From a virus (lineage: Duplodnaviria > Heunggongvirae > Uroviricota > Caudoviricetes), in the IMG/VR virus record IMGVR_UViG_2698536590_000004, positions 1-33,618 of that record: a stretch of 33,618 nt of DNA. One strand, 5' to 3'. How positions within the stretch are numbered: position 1 is the first letter of the stretch; each line of letters starts with the position of its first letter. The position numbers and the translations under genes were made by a program. Shown one piece after another: positions 7,907 through 16,558 of this stretch. The notes beneath the pieces were generated by a model. That model was not told the DNA's origin, made no database searches, and was given only the letters and a program-made list of their open reading frames with translations.

Positions 7907-8328
7907 AAATCAAGCATGAACACATCCGCATGGCGATGAATGCCTGGGCGCGTCCTGATGGCGAAAAAGTTCCAGCAGCTGGAATAACCCAGGCTTATTT
8001 TGAGTTGGGTATGACGTTTCCTGAACTGTATGACGACAGCCATCCGGAAGCCCTGGCTCGCAATACACAGAAAATTTTCCGCTGGGTAGAGAAAGACACC
8101 CCTGATGCAGTTGAAAAAATTCAGGCGTTGTTACCAGCGATCGAAAAGGCAATGCCACCTTTGCTGGTGGCCAGAATGCGCAGCCACAGTTCAGCTTATT
8201 TTCGGGAGCTGGTGGAGACGCGGGAGCGATTGGTGAGAGACGCTGATGATTTTGTCGCAGTGGCAATCGCCGGTTTCAATCAGATGAACCGTGGTGGCCC
8301 GGCAGGAAATGCTGTGGCAGTACATTGA
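7903..8328 (+). CDS. YdaT-like protein (CII-position regulator/toxin-like protein of Rac-type immunity regions)
   Basis: 141-aa ORF beginning MKIKHEHI..., which I recall as the YdaT N-terminus (Rac prophage); strong AAGGGGGGG RBS; position matches ydaS-ydaT. Confidence 0.6.
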   Translation: MKIKHEHIRMAMNAWARPDGEKVPAAGITQAYFELGMTFPELYDDSHPEALARNTQKIFRWVEKDTPDAVEKIQALLPAIEKAMPPLLVARMRSHSSAYFRELVETRERLVRDADDFVAVAIAGFNQMNRGGPAGNAVAVH

Positions 8329-8393
8329 CTGACAATAGCCATATCGAATCGCTTCCGGCAACTCGTGAGTAAAAAGATTCGGTATCAGAAGAG

Positions 8394-9470
8394 GTGAGTA
8401 TGGCTAACGCTTGGCTCAGATTATGGCATGACATGCCAAATGACCCTAAGTGGCGAACAATTGCCAGGGTGTCAGGGCAGCCAATTGCAACAGTGATGGC
8501 AGTGTATATCCACCTCCTGGTGAGCGCGTCACGAAATGTCACGCGAGGTCACATTGATGTCACGACAGAAGATTTGGCAAGTGCGCTCGACGTGACAGAA
8601 GAGGTAATTGATTCAATTTTGCAGACGATGCAGGGGCGGGTACTTGATGGTGATTTAATCACTGGATGGGAAAAACGCCAGGTGCTTAAAGAGGACAACG
8701 GCAATATTTCGCAAACCGCAAAATCTCCTGCAGAGCGCAAGAGGGCGCAGCGAGAGAGGGAAAGAAAGCGGGAACAAAATGGCGATTGTTACGGCGCGTC
8801 ACGAAATGTCACGCACATGTCACGACGAGTCACGACAGATAAAGATACAGATAAAGATACAGATCAAGAAGATCAAAACACTATGGTCCATGGCGTAAAA
8901 AACGCCACGAACCAGGCAGGGGATGTTCAGACCGTCAATCTTGGTCAGCCAGCAGGCACGACACCGGAAGCCGATTCAGCGTATGCGCTGAAAGCCGATT
9001 CGGGCGCTGTGCAGCAGGTGATGACCGCAAGGCCGGAGCAATCACACCAACTGCAGCAGCCTGAAGCCGATTCCGCCATTCAGCGGGAAGCCGATCGGGT
9101 AGTCCCGGAAAACACCGGGCAGTCTGTGGGACGAGTGGATTATCCGGATGTGTTCGAACAGGTCTGGCGGGAGTACCCGTTGCGTGCCGGAGCAAACCCG
9201 AAGAAATCCGCTTTCAGTGCCTGGAAGGCCAGATTACGCGAGGGGGTGCCACCAGAGGCCATGCTGGATGGCGTGAGGCGTTACGCAAGATACTTGGTGG
9301 CTACCGGGAAAACGGGAACGGAATTTGTTCAGCGAGCGACGACGTTTTTTGGACCGGACCGGAATTTTGAGAACCCCTGGTTGCTCCCGGTAAGCGGCAC
9401 GAACAACCAGCGTTGTGTGAATCATATTTCTGAACCGGATAACGAAATTCCGCCGGGCTTCAGGGGGTAA
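8394..9470 (+). CDS. Phage replication initiation protein (O-like / DUF1376-like) with intragenic origin iterons
   Basis: 358-aa ORF directly after the immunity genes; N-terminus ANAWLRLWHDMPNDPKWRTIARVSGQPIATVMAVYIHLL and C-terminal block YPLRAGANPKKSAFSAWKARL...TFFGPDRNFENPW read as a phage replication initiator; contains two iteron clusters. Confidence 0.75.
   Translation: MSMANAWLRLWHDMPNDPKWRTIARVSGQPIATVMAVYIHLLVSASRNVTRGHIDVTTEDLASALDVTEEVIDSILQTMQGRVLDGDLITGWEKRQVLKEDNGNISQTAKSPAERKRAQRERERKREQNGDCYGASRNVTHMSRRVTTDKDTDKDTDQEDQNTMVHGVKNATNQAGDVQTVNLGQPAGTTPEADSAYALKADSGAVQQVMTARPEQSHQLQQPEADSAIQREADRVVPENTGQSVGRVDYPDVFEQVWREYPLRAGANPKKSAFSAWKARLREGVPPEAMLDGVRRYARYLVATGKTGTEFVQRATTFFGPDRNFENPWLLPVSGTNNQRCVNHISEPDNEIPPGFRG
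8524..8566 (+). repeat. Iteron cluster 1 (GTCACG hexamers at 10-11 bp spacing)
   Basis: GTCACG/GTCACA at about 8528, 8538, 8548, 8559; a 21-bp unit GCGCGTCACGAAATGTCACGC is repeated exactly at 8794-8814. Confidence 0.6.
8794..8880 (+). repeat. Iteron cluster 2 plus adjacent AT-rich tandem repeat (candidate ori)
   Basis: Four GTCACG at about 8798, 8808, 8819, 8829, then AGATAAAGATAC tandem repeats in an AT-rich stretch; the arrangement parallels lambda ori inside gene O. Confidence 0.6.
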
Positions 9471-9510
9471 GTGTTAATTTCTGGTCATGAGGTAATTTTC
9501 AGGAGGGCTT

Positions 9511-9933
9511 GTGGCAAAAGTTTTTACACAAGAAGAGCGGGAAAAAATTAAAGGGCAGGTTCTTGAACTCGTACGCCAGAGTGGGCGCGAGACGTTACGA
9601 CAACTGGAAGCTAAAACTGGGGCAACAAGATATCTGATGAGCGTTCTGGCCAGAGAGCTGGTTGCCAGTGGCGATGTATACAACTCTGGTTACGGGTTAT
9701 TCCCGTCTGAACAGGCGCGTAAGGACTGGCAAAATGCCCGTAAAAAGCTCTCAAGGGCAAAGCTGAAGAAACCATCTGCGGTTGATCCGGACCTTATCTG
9801 GTCATTACCTGATGGAGAAATACGTCGTTACGACAGGCGTCATAATATGATTTGTACTGAGTGTCGTAAAAGCGAAGTTATGCAGCGCATATTGTCGTTT
9901 TATCAGGGGGATGTTCGGTATTTATTGAAGTGA
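9511..9933 (+). CDS. Hypothetical protein (140 aa), last gene before the AT-rich island
   Basis: GTG start at 9511 preceded by AGGAGG; basic protein, no assignable family. Confidence 0.55.
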   Translation: MAKVFTQEEREKIKGQVLELVRQSGRETLRQLEAKTGATRYLMSVLARELVASGDVYNSGYGLFPSEQARKDWQNARKKLSRAKLKKPSAVDPDLIWSLPDGEIRRYDRRHNMICTECRKSEVMQRILSFYQGDVRYLLK

Positions 9934-10195
9934 CGAGATTAAAGTGCATTAGTTCAGATGCAAATTGACATTTTGTGGCACAGGGTAGAGCTAGCGTGGT
10001 TGTCCGCTTTGTGCCAACAGCGGACATTATGGAAGGTCAGAGTTAAAGATTAAAATGGGATGCTGTGTGTTTTCTCCAGGTTTTGCTCTATACCTTTCGG
10101 GATACTCCACCGACAGAATACGAAAATCAACATTATCAACGGCTCGAAGTGTCTAGATTATCCATGGCAATTCATGGGAAATCCCATCCAACGGC

Positions 10196-11587
10196 TTATG
10201 CTTCATGTTGCTTTTTGAGATCGCTTCTAGCATAGCTCCACTCAATAATGTTGTCGGGTCGTTGCTGATCGAAAAGGATACGGGATTCAATACCATTACC
10301 TAAAAAGCTGGTATTCCCATCTACGTAAGAAGCTATCCCTTGTGAACCAACACGAAGAATATTTTCTAATGGCTGCTTTGTTCTTGCTGCATCGCTAAGG
10401 AGATATAAACCCGGGTACGTTTTGTTAGCACGGTGAAAAAAAAGTTCATTGTCAAAACACATGACGATGATTATTTGTCCCGACATGAGATCGGAGAGCA
10501 TTTCAGTTGGCAGATGCAAACTCATAAATGGTCGAGACAAAGGGTCAAAGAATGAATCATTTATATTCACAACAGGGCTTTTTATACCGAGACTATCCAT
10601 CCATCCATTGAAGGCAACAAAGCCCATTTCAGAATCACGGTACATACCTAAGAACAAACATTCATCAATAGTATCAATTGCCCAATTTTTTCCTCCGCGA
10701 ATAATCTCCCACATTTTAACTAAGCGGTGGGTATAAAATTCAGACGGATGATCTATCTCATTGATTTTAACTTTAGACTGATGAAAGTTGTCAAAGCCCT
10801 CGCCAGTATTAATCGCCTCCAGAACATTCATGCCACGAATGATTTGCCTTTTTATGCGATTAAATTGCTTAACATCATTGTCAGGCATATTGTTAATGAA
10901 GTTTTCTTCAAAGTGCGGACATTCTGAGATAACAGAAAATTCAGCAGCTTCATAAAGCTCATTATTCTTTTCACCTGTTTTAACTTCCACGAGCTGGAAG
11001 CCATCCAGTAGATTAAAGGTGACTAAATCTCCCACATGAACAAATGTGCTCATGTCAGAGACAATCGCTACGGAGTGTTTGTCCTGGTTGATAAGATCGG
11101 CTGCGACCATAGAATCAATTATGTTATCTTCTGATAGATTGTCATTGCTTGCATTAATAGGTAAACGCCGCAAACTAGAGTGTTCTTCATCAAGAATGCT
11201 CCAAATTATTGAGTCAATACAACGGCGAAGAATAAGAATTTCAAATTTTTTTAAACTTATTTCATCAATACACTTTTCTTTATTTTCTTTATCCTTGTTT
11301 CGATGGTGCTCTTTTTTTTCAGTTTCCAATCTTTTTATATCTCTCAGCCGAATAATAATCTCAAAAGATATGATTTTTTGTGAGTCTTTCCAATTTTTGA
11401 GACAGGTTTCATACTCTGCAAGAAAATCCTCATCATTGGAAGGTAGTTCTTGAATTGGATTCCCTCCCCTTATCATTTTGGCAAGTGCATGCATTAAAGA
11501 TACATAATGAGGTGATAAAATTGTCCAAAACTTCCTAAACGGTTTGTACTTTTCAAGAAAAGTTGACTCATCAGTATAATTCATCAT
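10196..11587 (-). CDS. Uncharacterised 463-aa protein, partner of the AbiH-like gene; candidate PD-(D/E)xK-type nuclease motif
   Basis: Strongly AT-rich ORF 89 bp downstream of the AbiH-like gene on the same strand; ATG at 11587 with GAGG RBS (track start 11593 is TTG); segment VHVGDLVTFNLLDGFQLVEVKTGE fits a D...ExK signature; no Walker or HTH motif seen. Confidence 0.7.
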   Translation of the reverse strand: MMNYTDESTFLEKYKPFRKFWTILSPHYVSLMHALAKMIRGGNPIQELPSNDEDFLAEYETCLKNWKDSQKIISFEIIIRLRDIKRLETEKKEHHRNKDKENKEKCIDEISLKKFEILILRRCIDSIIWSILDEEHSSLRRLPINASNDNLSEDNIIDSMVAADLINQDKHSVAIVSDMSTFVHVGDLVTFNLLDGFQLVEVKTGEKNNELYEAAEFSVISECPHFEENFINNMPDNDVKQFNRIKRQIIRGMNVLEAINTGEGFDNFHQSKVKINEIDHPSEFYTHRLVKMWEIIRGGKNWAIDTIDECLFLGMYRDSEMGFVAFNGWMDSLGIKSPVVNINDSFFDPLSRPFMSLHLPTEMLSDLMSGQIIIVMCFDNELFFHRANKTYPGLYLLSDAARTKQPLENILRVGSQGIASYVDGNTSFLGNGIESRILFDQQRPDNIIEWSYARSDLKKQHEA

Positions 11588-11676
11588 AACCAAACCTCAT
11601 TCCTCTTATCTATTTTCCTCAAGGTATAAAATACCAGCCTTTTTTACATAATTATAGTTATAATATGAAGTCTCAT

Positions 11677-12546
11677 TCAGATATCTTCATACTGTACGTA
11701 AGAAATATTTGAGCCTCTGACACCATAATCTTCTAAACTGCCTGATTTTTTCTCACCTCTATATAAAGCAATTATCCATCGAGCATTTTCTTGGATACTT
11801 TTATTTATTTCAGTAAAGTATTCACCGTCAACTTCGGCGAGCGAGTGGCCTAAAACGATGACCTCGTCCACATTTTTAAGCGATGAGAAAAAAACGTTTT
11901 CTTCTTTAATTATGTCTTCGCTGGGCTTGAATGTATTACCGAAGTATTCGTTTATTCTGTCGTATGCCTCTGCTATTCTTGTATCTTGATCCGGTCCTAT
12001 ATATGGATTTAGTGACTTTTCCACCCTAAAACTATGACCAAGTATGAGATCGTCATCGTAACTACAATTGCCGTGAATATGTATGATTTGCTCGTCTGGA
12101 ACGGCATAGATCTGCTGCAAGGTATTTGTATAATTAAATGAAAAATAGATGCTTTCTCTTGGTATGGGCGGGATGTATTGCTTAGGATTGTAAGCATCGG
12201 CTATGTTAATCCCTTTAACCCAATCAGCGAATTGCTCCTTCAAACGAGCTGACAGCATTTGTGTGATTTTATTTACTTCATATTGGTAATCGTGATGATA
12301 AGCATCGCTCCAATCATCGGTATTGTATGAAGCCAAAAATATCTCACTGTTTTGAAGGATAAGCTCATAATCAATTTCACCTAAAGCATTTTCTAACTCA
12401 TTCCACTCGTCCCCAGCAGGAATGTATTCTTCTATCGCGTCATATAGATCTTGGTCATTTTTTTCTACATACGACTTAAAGTGCTTGTATCCTGTTGGTA
12501 AGCCATGACGCATGTCAAATCCATTTCCTATTATGTAAAGCCTCAT
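11677..12546 (-). CDS. AbiH-family abortive-infection-like protein
   Basis: 290 aa from ATG at 12546 (AAGGGA RBS); N-terminal MRLYIIGNGFDMRHGLPTGY matches the AbiH-family IIGNGFD signature as I recall it (Pfam AbiH), plus HIHG and VLGHSL...VD..Y motifs; markedly AT-rich. Confidence 0.75.
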   Translation of the reverse strand: MRLYIIGNGFDMRHGLPTGYKHFKSYVEKNDQDLYDAIEEYIPAGDEWNELENALGEIDYELILQNSEIFLASYNTDDWSDAYHHDYQYEVNKITQMLSARLKEQFADWVKGINIADAYNPKQYIPPIPRESIYFSFNYTNTLQQIYAVPDEQIIHIHGNCSYDDDLILGHSFRVEKSLNPYIGPDQDTRIAEAYDRINEYFGNTFKPSEDIIKEENVFFSSLKNVDEVIVLGHSLAEVDGEYFTEINKSIQENARWIIALYRGEKKSGSLEDYGVRGSNISYVQYEDI

Positions 12547-12860
12547 TGTTTTTCCCTTAGTCGAATTGTATAAAAATACTAACATGGCCTGCTCCACGTT
12601 GACTACTATCCCCTCCTTTGAGTAATGCCTTCATCAGATGTAACAACATTTCCGAGCTTCCACAGTTCGCTCAAAGCGGACTAGAAGGTTAGCTTGCGTC
12701 GGACTTGGCGTATTTAAAGAAGTGCTGGTGGAGACTGGTTGTTGTGTTCCATTTCTACAGAACAAAATCACAGAAACTATACCCAATAGTTATATTGAAT
12801 CAATGATGAGACAGCCTCATATTTATCAGGACTGGTGTACGTCCAATACAGGAGGTTGTC

Positions 12861-12950
12861 GTGCTGGTTCTCAAATATGCGCTAGCTATTGCGGCTGTAA
12901 TGGCAATTTATTGTCTTGCTGTTGTTCTTACGGATCGCCTTTCTGATTGA
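12861..12950 (+). CDS. Possible 29-codon hydrophobic peptide ORF (MLVLKYALAIAAVMAIYCLAVVLTDRLSD); speculative
   Basis: GTG start 5 nt after a perfect AGGAGG; single predicted TM helix; not in the ORF track (too short); followed by a 9-bp-stem hairpin CTATCTGCC/GGCAGATAG. Confidence 0.2.
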   Translation: MLVLKYALAIAAVMAIYCLAVVLTDRLSD

Positions 12951-13161
12951 TTTTATATTGGCGAGGTGACGTGAGTTAAGTAGAATTGCTGCGGGTGATT
13001 GAGGCTATCTGCCTCAGGCATGAACACCAAAGGCAGATAGAGAAAAGCCCCAGTTAACATTACGCGTCCTGCAAGACGCTTAACATTAATCTGAGGCTCA
13101 ATCTATGAACAGCAAATCTAGGTTAGCCTCTTACGTGCCGGAAGGCAAGGAGAAGCAGGCT

Positions 13162-13317
13162 ATGAAGCAGCAAAAGGCGATGTTAATCGCCCTGATCGTC
13201 ATCTGTTTAACCGTCATAGTGACGGCACTGGTAACGAGGAAAGACCTCTGCGAGGTACGAATCCGAACCGGCCAGACGGAGGTCGCTGTCTTCACAGCTT
13301 ACGAACCTGAGGAGTAA
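13162..13317 (+). CDS. hok: Hok/Gef-family type I toxin (HokD/RelF-like, 51 aa)
   Basis: MKQQKAMLIALIVICLTVIVTALVTRKDLCEVRIRTGQTEVAVFTAYEPEE matches the Hok family and, as I recall it, E. coli HokD; AAGGAG RBS; in-frame upstream extension to 13105 also open. Confidence 0.85.
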   Translation: MKQQKAMLIALIVICLTVIVTALVTRKDLCEVRIRTGQTEVAVFTAYEPEE

Positions 13318-13386
13318 GAGACTAGGCGGGGGAGAAATCCCTCGCCACCTCTGATGAGTCAGGCATCCTCAATGCACCCGCGCTTA

Positions 13387-13412
13387 ACCCGTTTCGGCGG
13401 GTTTTGTTTTTT
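13387..13412 (+). terminator. Intrinsic terminator after hok
   Basis: ACCCG-tttcgg-CGGGT hairpin followed by TTTGTTTTTT. Confidence 0.5.
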
Positions 13413-13484
13413 CCTGGCATTCTGGTTTACAATTCGCACGCCAGCCTGAACAACTGGCACCTGCTGCGCCAGCAGAGAAAACAG

Positions 13485-13763
13485 ATGGCGCACAAGACCA
13501 AATTTCACAATTCTGATAACTCAGCCGACCCTGCCATCCGGTACGGGCGGCGTTCACACGTCTTTAAAACTGACTGGTACCAGCATGATCCGTGCACTGA
13601 AGAACAGGCCGAATGGCTGATTCAGTGTTATCGCAGGCGCGGACGCGAGGTCAGGAAAGACCTCAGTCTTGACTTACGACACTGGATAATTTCCGTCAGG
13701 CTTCCTTATTCCGAACGCCCACCACGTCCATCCCGCACATTCCAGCAACGCATCTGGAGGTAA
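13485..13763 (+). CDS. Hypothetical basic protein (92 aa from internal ATG)
   Basis: ORF-track start 13404 overlaps the hok terminator, so trimmed to ATG 13485; stop abuts the GGAGG RBS of the next gene. Confidence 0.4.
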   Translation: MAHKTKFHNSDNSADPAIRYGRRSHVFKTDWYQHDPCTEEQAEWLIQCYRRRGREVRKDLSLDLRHWIISVRLPYSERPPRPSRTFQQRIWR

Positions 13764-13764
13764 C

Positions 13765-14820
13765 ATGCGGGTATTGCTTCGACCTGTTCTGGTACCGGAA
13801 CTCGGACTGGTTATCGTTAAGCCTGGCCGTGAATCCATGCAGGTATTCCATAACGGCAGAGTACTGGTGGAACCGGAACCGAAAAGTATGCGCGGTCTGC
13901 CGTCCGGAGTCGTTCCTGCCGTTCGCCAGCCGCTGGCGGAAGATAAATCATTACTGCCATTTTTCAGCGATGAGCGGGTAATTCGTGCTGCCGGTGGTGC
14001 TGGTGCATTGTCTGACTGGCTGTTGCGCCATATTAAATCCTGCCAGTGGCCACACGGCGATTATCATCACAGTGAAACCGTCATTCACCGTTATGGTACC
14101 GGCGCGATGGTGTTGTGCTGGCACTGTGACAACCAGCTGCGTGACCAGACCTCCGAATCATTGGAGCATCTGGCTCAACAAAACCTGGCAGCCTGGATGA
14201 TTGACGTCATCCGTCACGCAATGAATGGCACGCAGGGGCGTGAATTATCACTGGCTGAACTGTACTGCTGGGCTGTTGTAAATAATGTGGTGGATGCCAT
14301 GACCGAAAATATGGCGCGTCGAATCCTGAAACTTCCGGGTGAAAACATCCGCTCAGTGTACCGCGAAAGCGACATCGTACCGGGAGAACAGACCGCCACC
14401 AGCATACTGAAACAGCGCACAAAAAATCTTGCGCCGCTGCCTCACGCCCACCAGCAAAACCCGCCACAGGAAAAGACGGTGGTCAGCATTGCCGTTGATC
14501 CGGAGTCACCGGCTCAGTATCTCCTGCGCCAGAAACCACAACGGGAAGAGATGCCTGTATACACGCGCTGGGTAAAAACGCAGAAATGCATGACGTGCGG
14601 TAATCAGGCAGATGATCCGCATCACATCATTGGTCATGGACTGGGAGGGATGGGAACAAAGGCTGATGATTTGTTTGTTATTCCGCTGTGCCGTAAATGT
14701 CATAACGAACTGCACGCCGGGGTAAAAGATTTTGAAGAAAAACACGGCAGCCAGCTGTTGTTGCTGATTCGTTTTTTAATGCACGCGAGAAATTCGGGTG
14801 TCCTGAAGTGGAAAGCATGA
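13765..14820 (+). CDS. DUF968-family prophage protein (YdfU-like) with C-terminal HNH-like Cys/His motif
   Basis: 351-aa ORF; C-terminal CMTCGNQADDPHHIIGHG...CRKCHNELH; position just upstream of rusA-Q as in Qin-type prophages. Confidence 0.75.
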   Translation: MRVLLRPVLVPELGLVIVKPGRESMQVFHNGRVLVEPEPKSMRGLPSGVVPAVRQPLAEDKSLLPFFSDERVIRAAGGAGALSDWLLRHIKSCQWPHGDYHHSETVIHRYGTGAMVLCWHCDNQLRDQTSESLEHLAQQNLAAWMIDVIRHAMNGTQGRELSLAELYCWAVVNNVVDAMTENMARRILKLPGENIRSVYRESDIVPGEQTATSILKQRTKNLAPLPHAHQQNPPQEKTVVSIAVDPESPAQYLLRQKPQREEMPVYTRWVKTQKCMTCGNQADDPHHIIGHGLGGMGTKADDLFVIPLCRKCHNELHAGVKDFEEKHGSQLLLLIRFLMHARNSGVLKWKA

Positions 14821-15198
14821 ATGACTGAACGCATAGAATTTGTTTTGCCTTACCCGCCGACGGTGAATACCTACTGGCGACGTCGTGGCAGCACATATTT
14901 TGTATCAAAAGCCGGTGAGCGTTATCGCCGTGATGTGGCGCTTATTGTTCGCCAGCAGCGACTGAAATTAAACCTGTCCGGAAGGCTGGCAATAAAAATT
15001 ATTGCAGAGCCACCGGATAAGCGCCGCCGCGACCTGGACAATATCCTGAAGGCACCACTGGATGCGCTGACGCATGCCGGACTACTTATAGACGACGAGC
15101 AGTTTGATGAAATCAATATTGTGCGCGGACTGCCTGTTCCTGGTGGGCGGTTGGGCGTGAAGATTTACGAAATTACAGGTGATAACGATGGTGCGTGA
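14821..15198 (+). CDS. rusA: Holliday junction resolvase RusA
   Basis: 125-aa ORF; [28 protein letters not shown] matches the RusA catalytic region (RRRDLDN). Confidence 0.9.
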   Translation: MTERIEFVLPYPPTVNTYWRRRGSTYFVSKAGERYRRDVALIVRQQRLKLNLSGRLAIKIIAEPPDKRRRDLDNILKAPLDALTHAGLLIDDEQFDEINIVRGLPVPGGRLGVKIYEITGDNDGA

Positions 15199-15574
15199 TA
15201 TTCAGCAGGTTATGGAGCGGTGGGGAGCATGGGCTGCGAACAATCACGAAGATGTGTCATGGGCGTCAATCGCTGCTGGTTTTAAAGGATTAATCCCGCC
15301 GAAAGTGAAATCACGCCCTCAGTGTTCTGATGATGATGCAATGATAATTTGTGGCTGTATGGCCCGGTTGAACAAGAAAAATCAGGATTTGCACGATTTG
15401 TTGGTGGATTATTACGTAGGTGGAATGACTTTTATGGGGTTGGCACGAAAGCATGGGTGTTCGGATACCTGTATTGGCAAGCGCCTGCAGAAAGCGGAAG
15501 GGGTTATTGATGGCATGTTGATGATGCTTGATATCCGACTGGAGATGGACAGATACGTAGAACGAATCATGTAG
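15188..15574 (+). CDS. Late-gene antiterminator Q (lambdoid Q family)
   Basis: ATG at 15188 with AGGTGA RBS, overlapping the rusA stop; [31 protein letters not shown]...[16 protein letters not shown] resembles Q of 82/21-type phages; followed by promoter and terminator. Confidence 0.85.
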   Translation: MVRDIQQVMERWGAWAANNHEDVSWASIAAGFKGLIPPKVKSRPQCSDDDAMIICGCMARLNKKNQDLHDLLVDYYVGGMTFMGLARKHGCSDTCIGKRLQKAEGVIDGMLMMLDIRLEMDRYVERIM

Positions 15575-15578
15575 GAGC

Positions 15579-15608
15579 TTGACCAGACACATTGTCCGGG
15601 GCTATATT
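15579..15608 (+). promoter_or_regulatory. Candidate late promoter PR' (sigma70 -35/-10)
   Basis: TTGACC (15579-15584), 18-bp spacer, TATATT (about 15603-15608), immediately after the Q stop; small hairpins follow (qut-like region). Confidence 0.55.
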
Positions 15609-15668
15609 CCTCACGCGCCAGCAAAATCTGGCGTCGGGATTGGCGTCCCGGATGAAAAAGGCGACAAC

Positions 15669-15690
15669 AGACGCGCCAGCGTCTTTTTTA
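15669..15690 (+). terminator. Intrinsic terminator tR'-like (target of Q antitermination)
   Basis: AGACGC-gcca-GCGTCT stem-loop followed by TTTTTT, about 60 nt after the candidate PR'. Confidence 0.6.
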
Positions 15691-15847
15691 TTGTCGTTTG
15701 CACTGTCACATCTCAATGGTGGGCTGTGTGGGGGCGGAGCGATCCGCGCCGGTTCCTTTTTCCCGGTTACGCCAACCCTGCACAGTTCACCACCATACTG
15801 ATTGGCGTCAGCAGTGGTGATGATTCACATAGAAAAAGGATCATCCT

Positions 15848-16336
15848 ATGGCTATTCAAATCTCAGTTGAAACTCTTTCCCCGATCACCCATAACCAAAT
15901 CCCTGTCATTACTACCGAGCTTTTGGCACAACTTTATGGCACCGAAACTAATAACATCAAAGTGAACTATACACGCAATGCCGAGCGTTTTGTTTGTGGG
16001 AAACACTACTTCAAATTGGAAGGGGCTGAGTTGCGGGAATTTAAGAACAAGGTTACTCAAAGTAACTTAGTTGCACCGCGTACAAAGCACCTCATCCTCT
16101 GGACAGAACGCGGAGCAGCCCGTCACACCAAAATGCTGGAAACCGATCAGGCGTGGGAAGTGTTCGAAAAACTGGAAGACTGTTATTTCAGCCAAAAACA
16201 ACCACCAGCAGCACAAAACACCCCAACCCAAAATGATGGATGCGCATTACTGATCCACTTCGATAAACACGGTCAGGTCGACTTCACGGAAAAACTACCC
16301 GCCGATGCGATGGTATGCACTCTGGAACGGTTTTAA
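15848..16336 (+). CDS. ORF6N/KilA-N-type domain protein (antirepressor-like)
   Basis: 162-aa ORF; N-terminal LLAQLYGTETNNIKVNYTRNAERFVCGKHYFKLEGAELREFK fits the ORF6N DNA-binding domain as I recall it. Confidence 0.65.
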   Translation: MAIQISVETLSPITHNQIPVITTELLAQLYGTETNNIKVNYTRNAERFVCGKHYFKLEGAELREFKNKVTQSNLVAPRTKHLILWTERGAARHTKMLETDQAWEVFEKLEDCYFSQKQPPAAQNTPTQNDGCALLIHFDKHGQVDFTEKLPADAMVCTLERF

Positions 16337-16414
16337 AAATTTTCCCCGAACGCTTTACGATCGTAAAAAGTTGAATATCCTGTTAAGAGTGGTTACTACG
16401 CCAAACAGCTTAAA

Positions 16415-16438
16415 CCCGCCACTGAGCGGGTTTTTTAT
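16415..16438 (+). terminator. Intrinsic terminator after the ORF6N gene
   Basis: ACCCGC-cactga-GCGGGT hairpin followed by TTTTTT. Confidence 0.55.
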
Positions 16439-16558
16439 GCCTGAAAAACGGTACAGGACGTTAAACGCGCTGGTGGTTGCTAATACTGGTCTTTCGGCTT
16501 GTATTTTTGTAAATCGATATATACTTATCTTGTGACCAGTAATGTCAGGGCAATTGAT

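Noticed and set aside
9934-10195. Possible integration scar or terminator flanking the AT-rich island (hairpin TGTCCGC/GCGGACA near 10000-10030; ATGGGAaaTCCCAT near 10174-10187)
   Set aside because: Hairpins lack U-tracts and no direct repeat matching the other island boundary (12547-13100) was found; insufficient to call att-like sites.
12722-12946. 74-aa Cys-rich ORF in the abiH-hok spacer
   Set aside because: No RBS and implausible composition; it overlaps in another frame the better-supported 29-codon ORF with a perfect AGGAGG. Treated as spurious.
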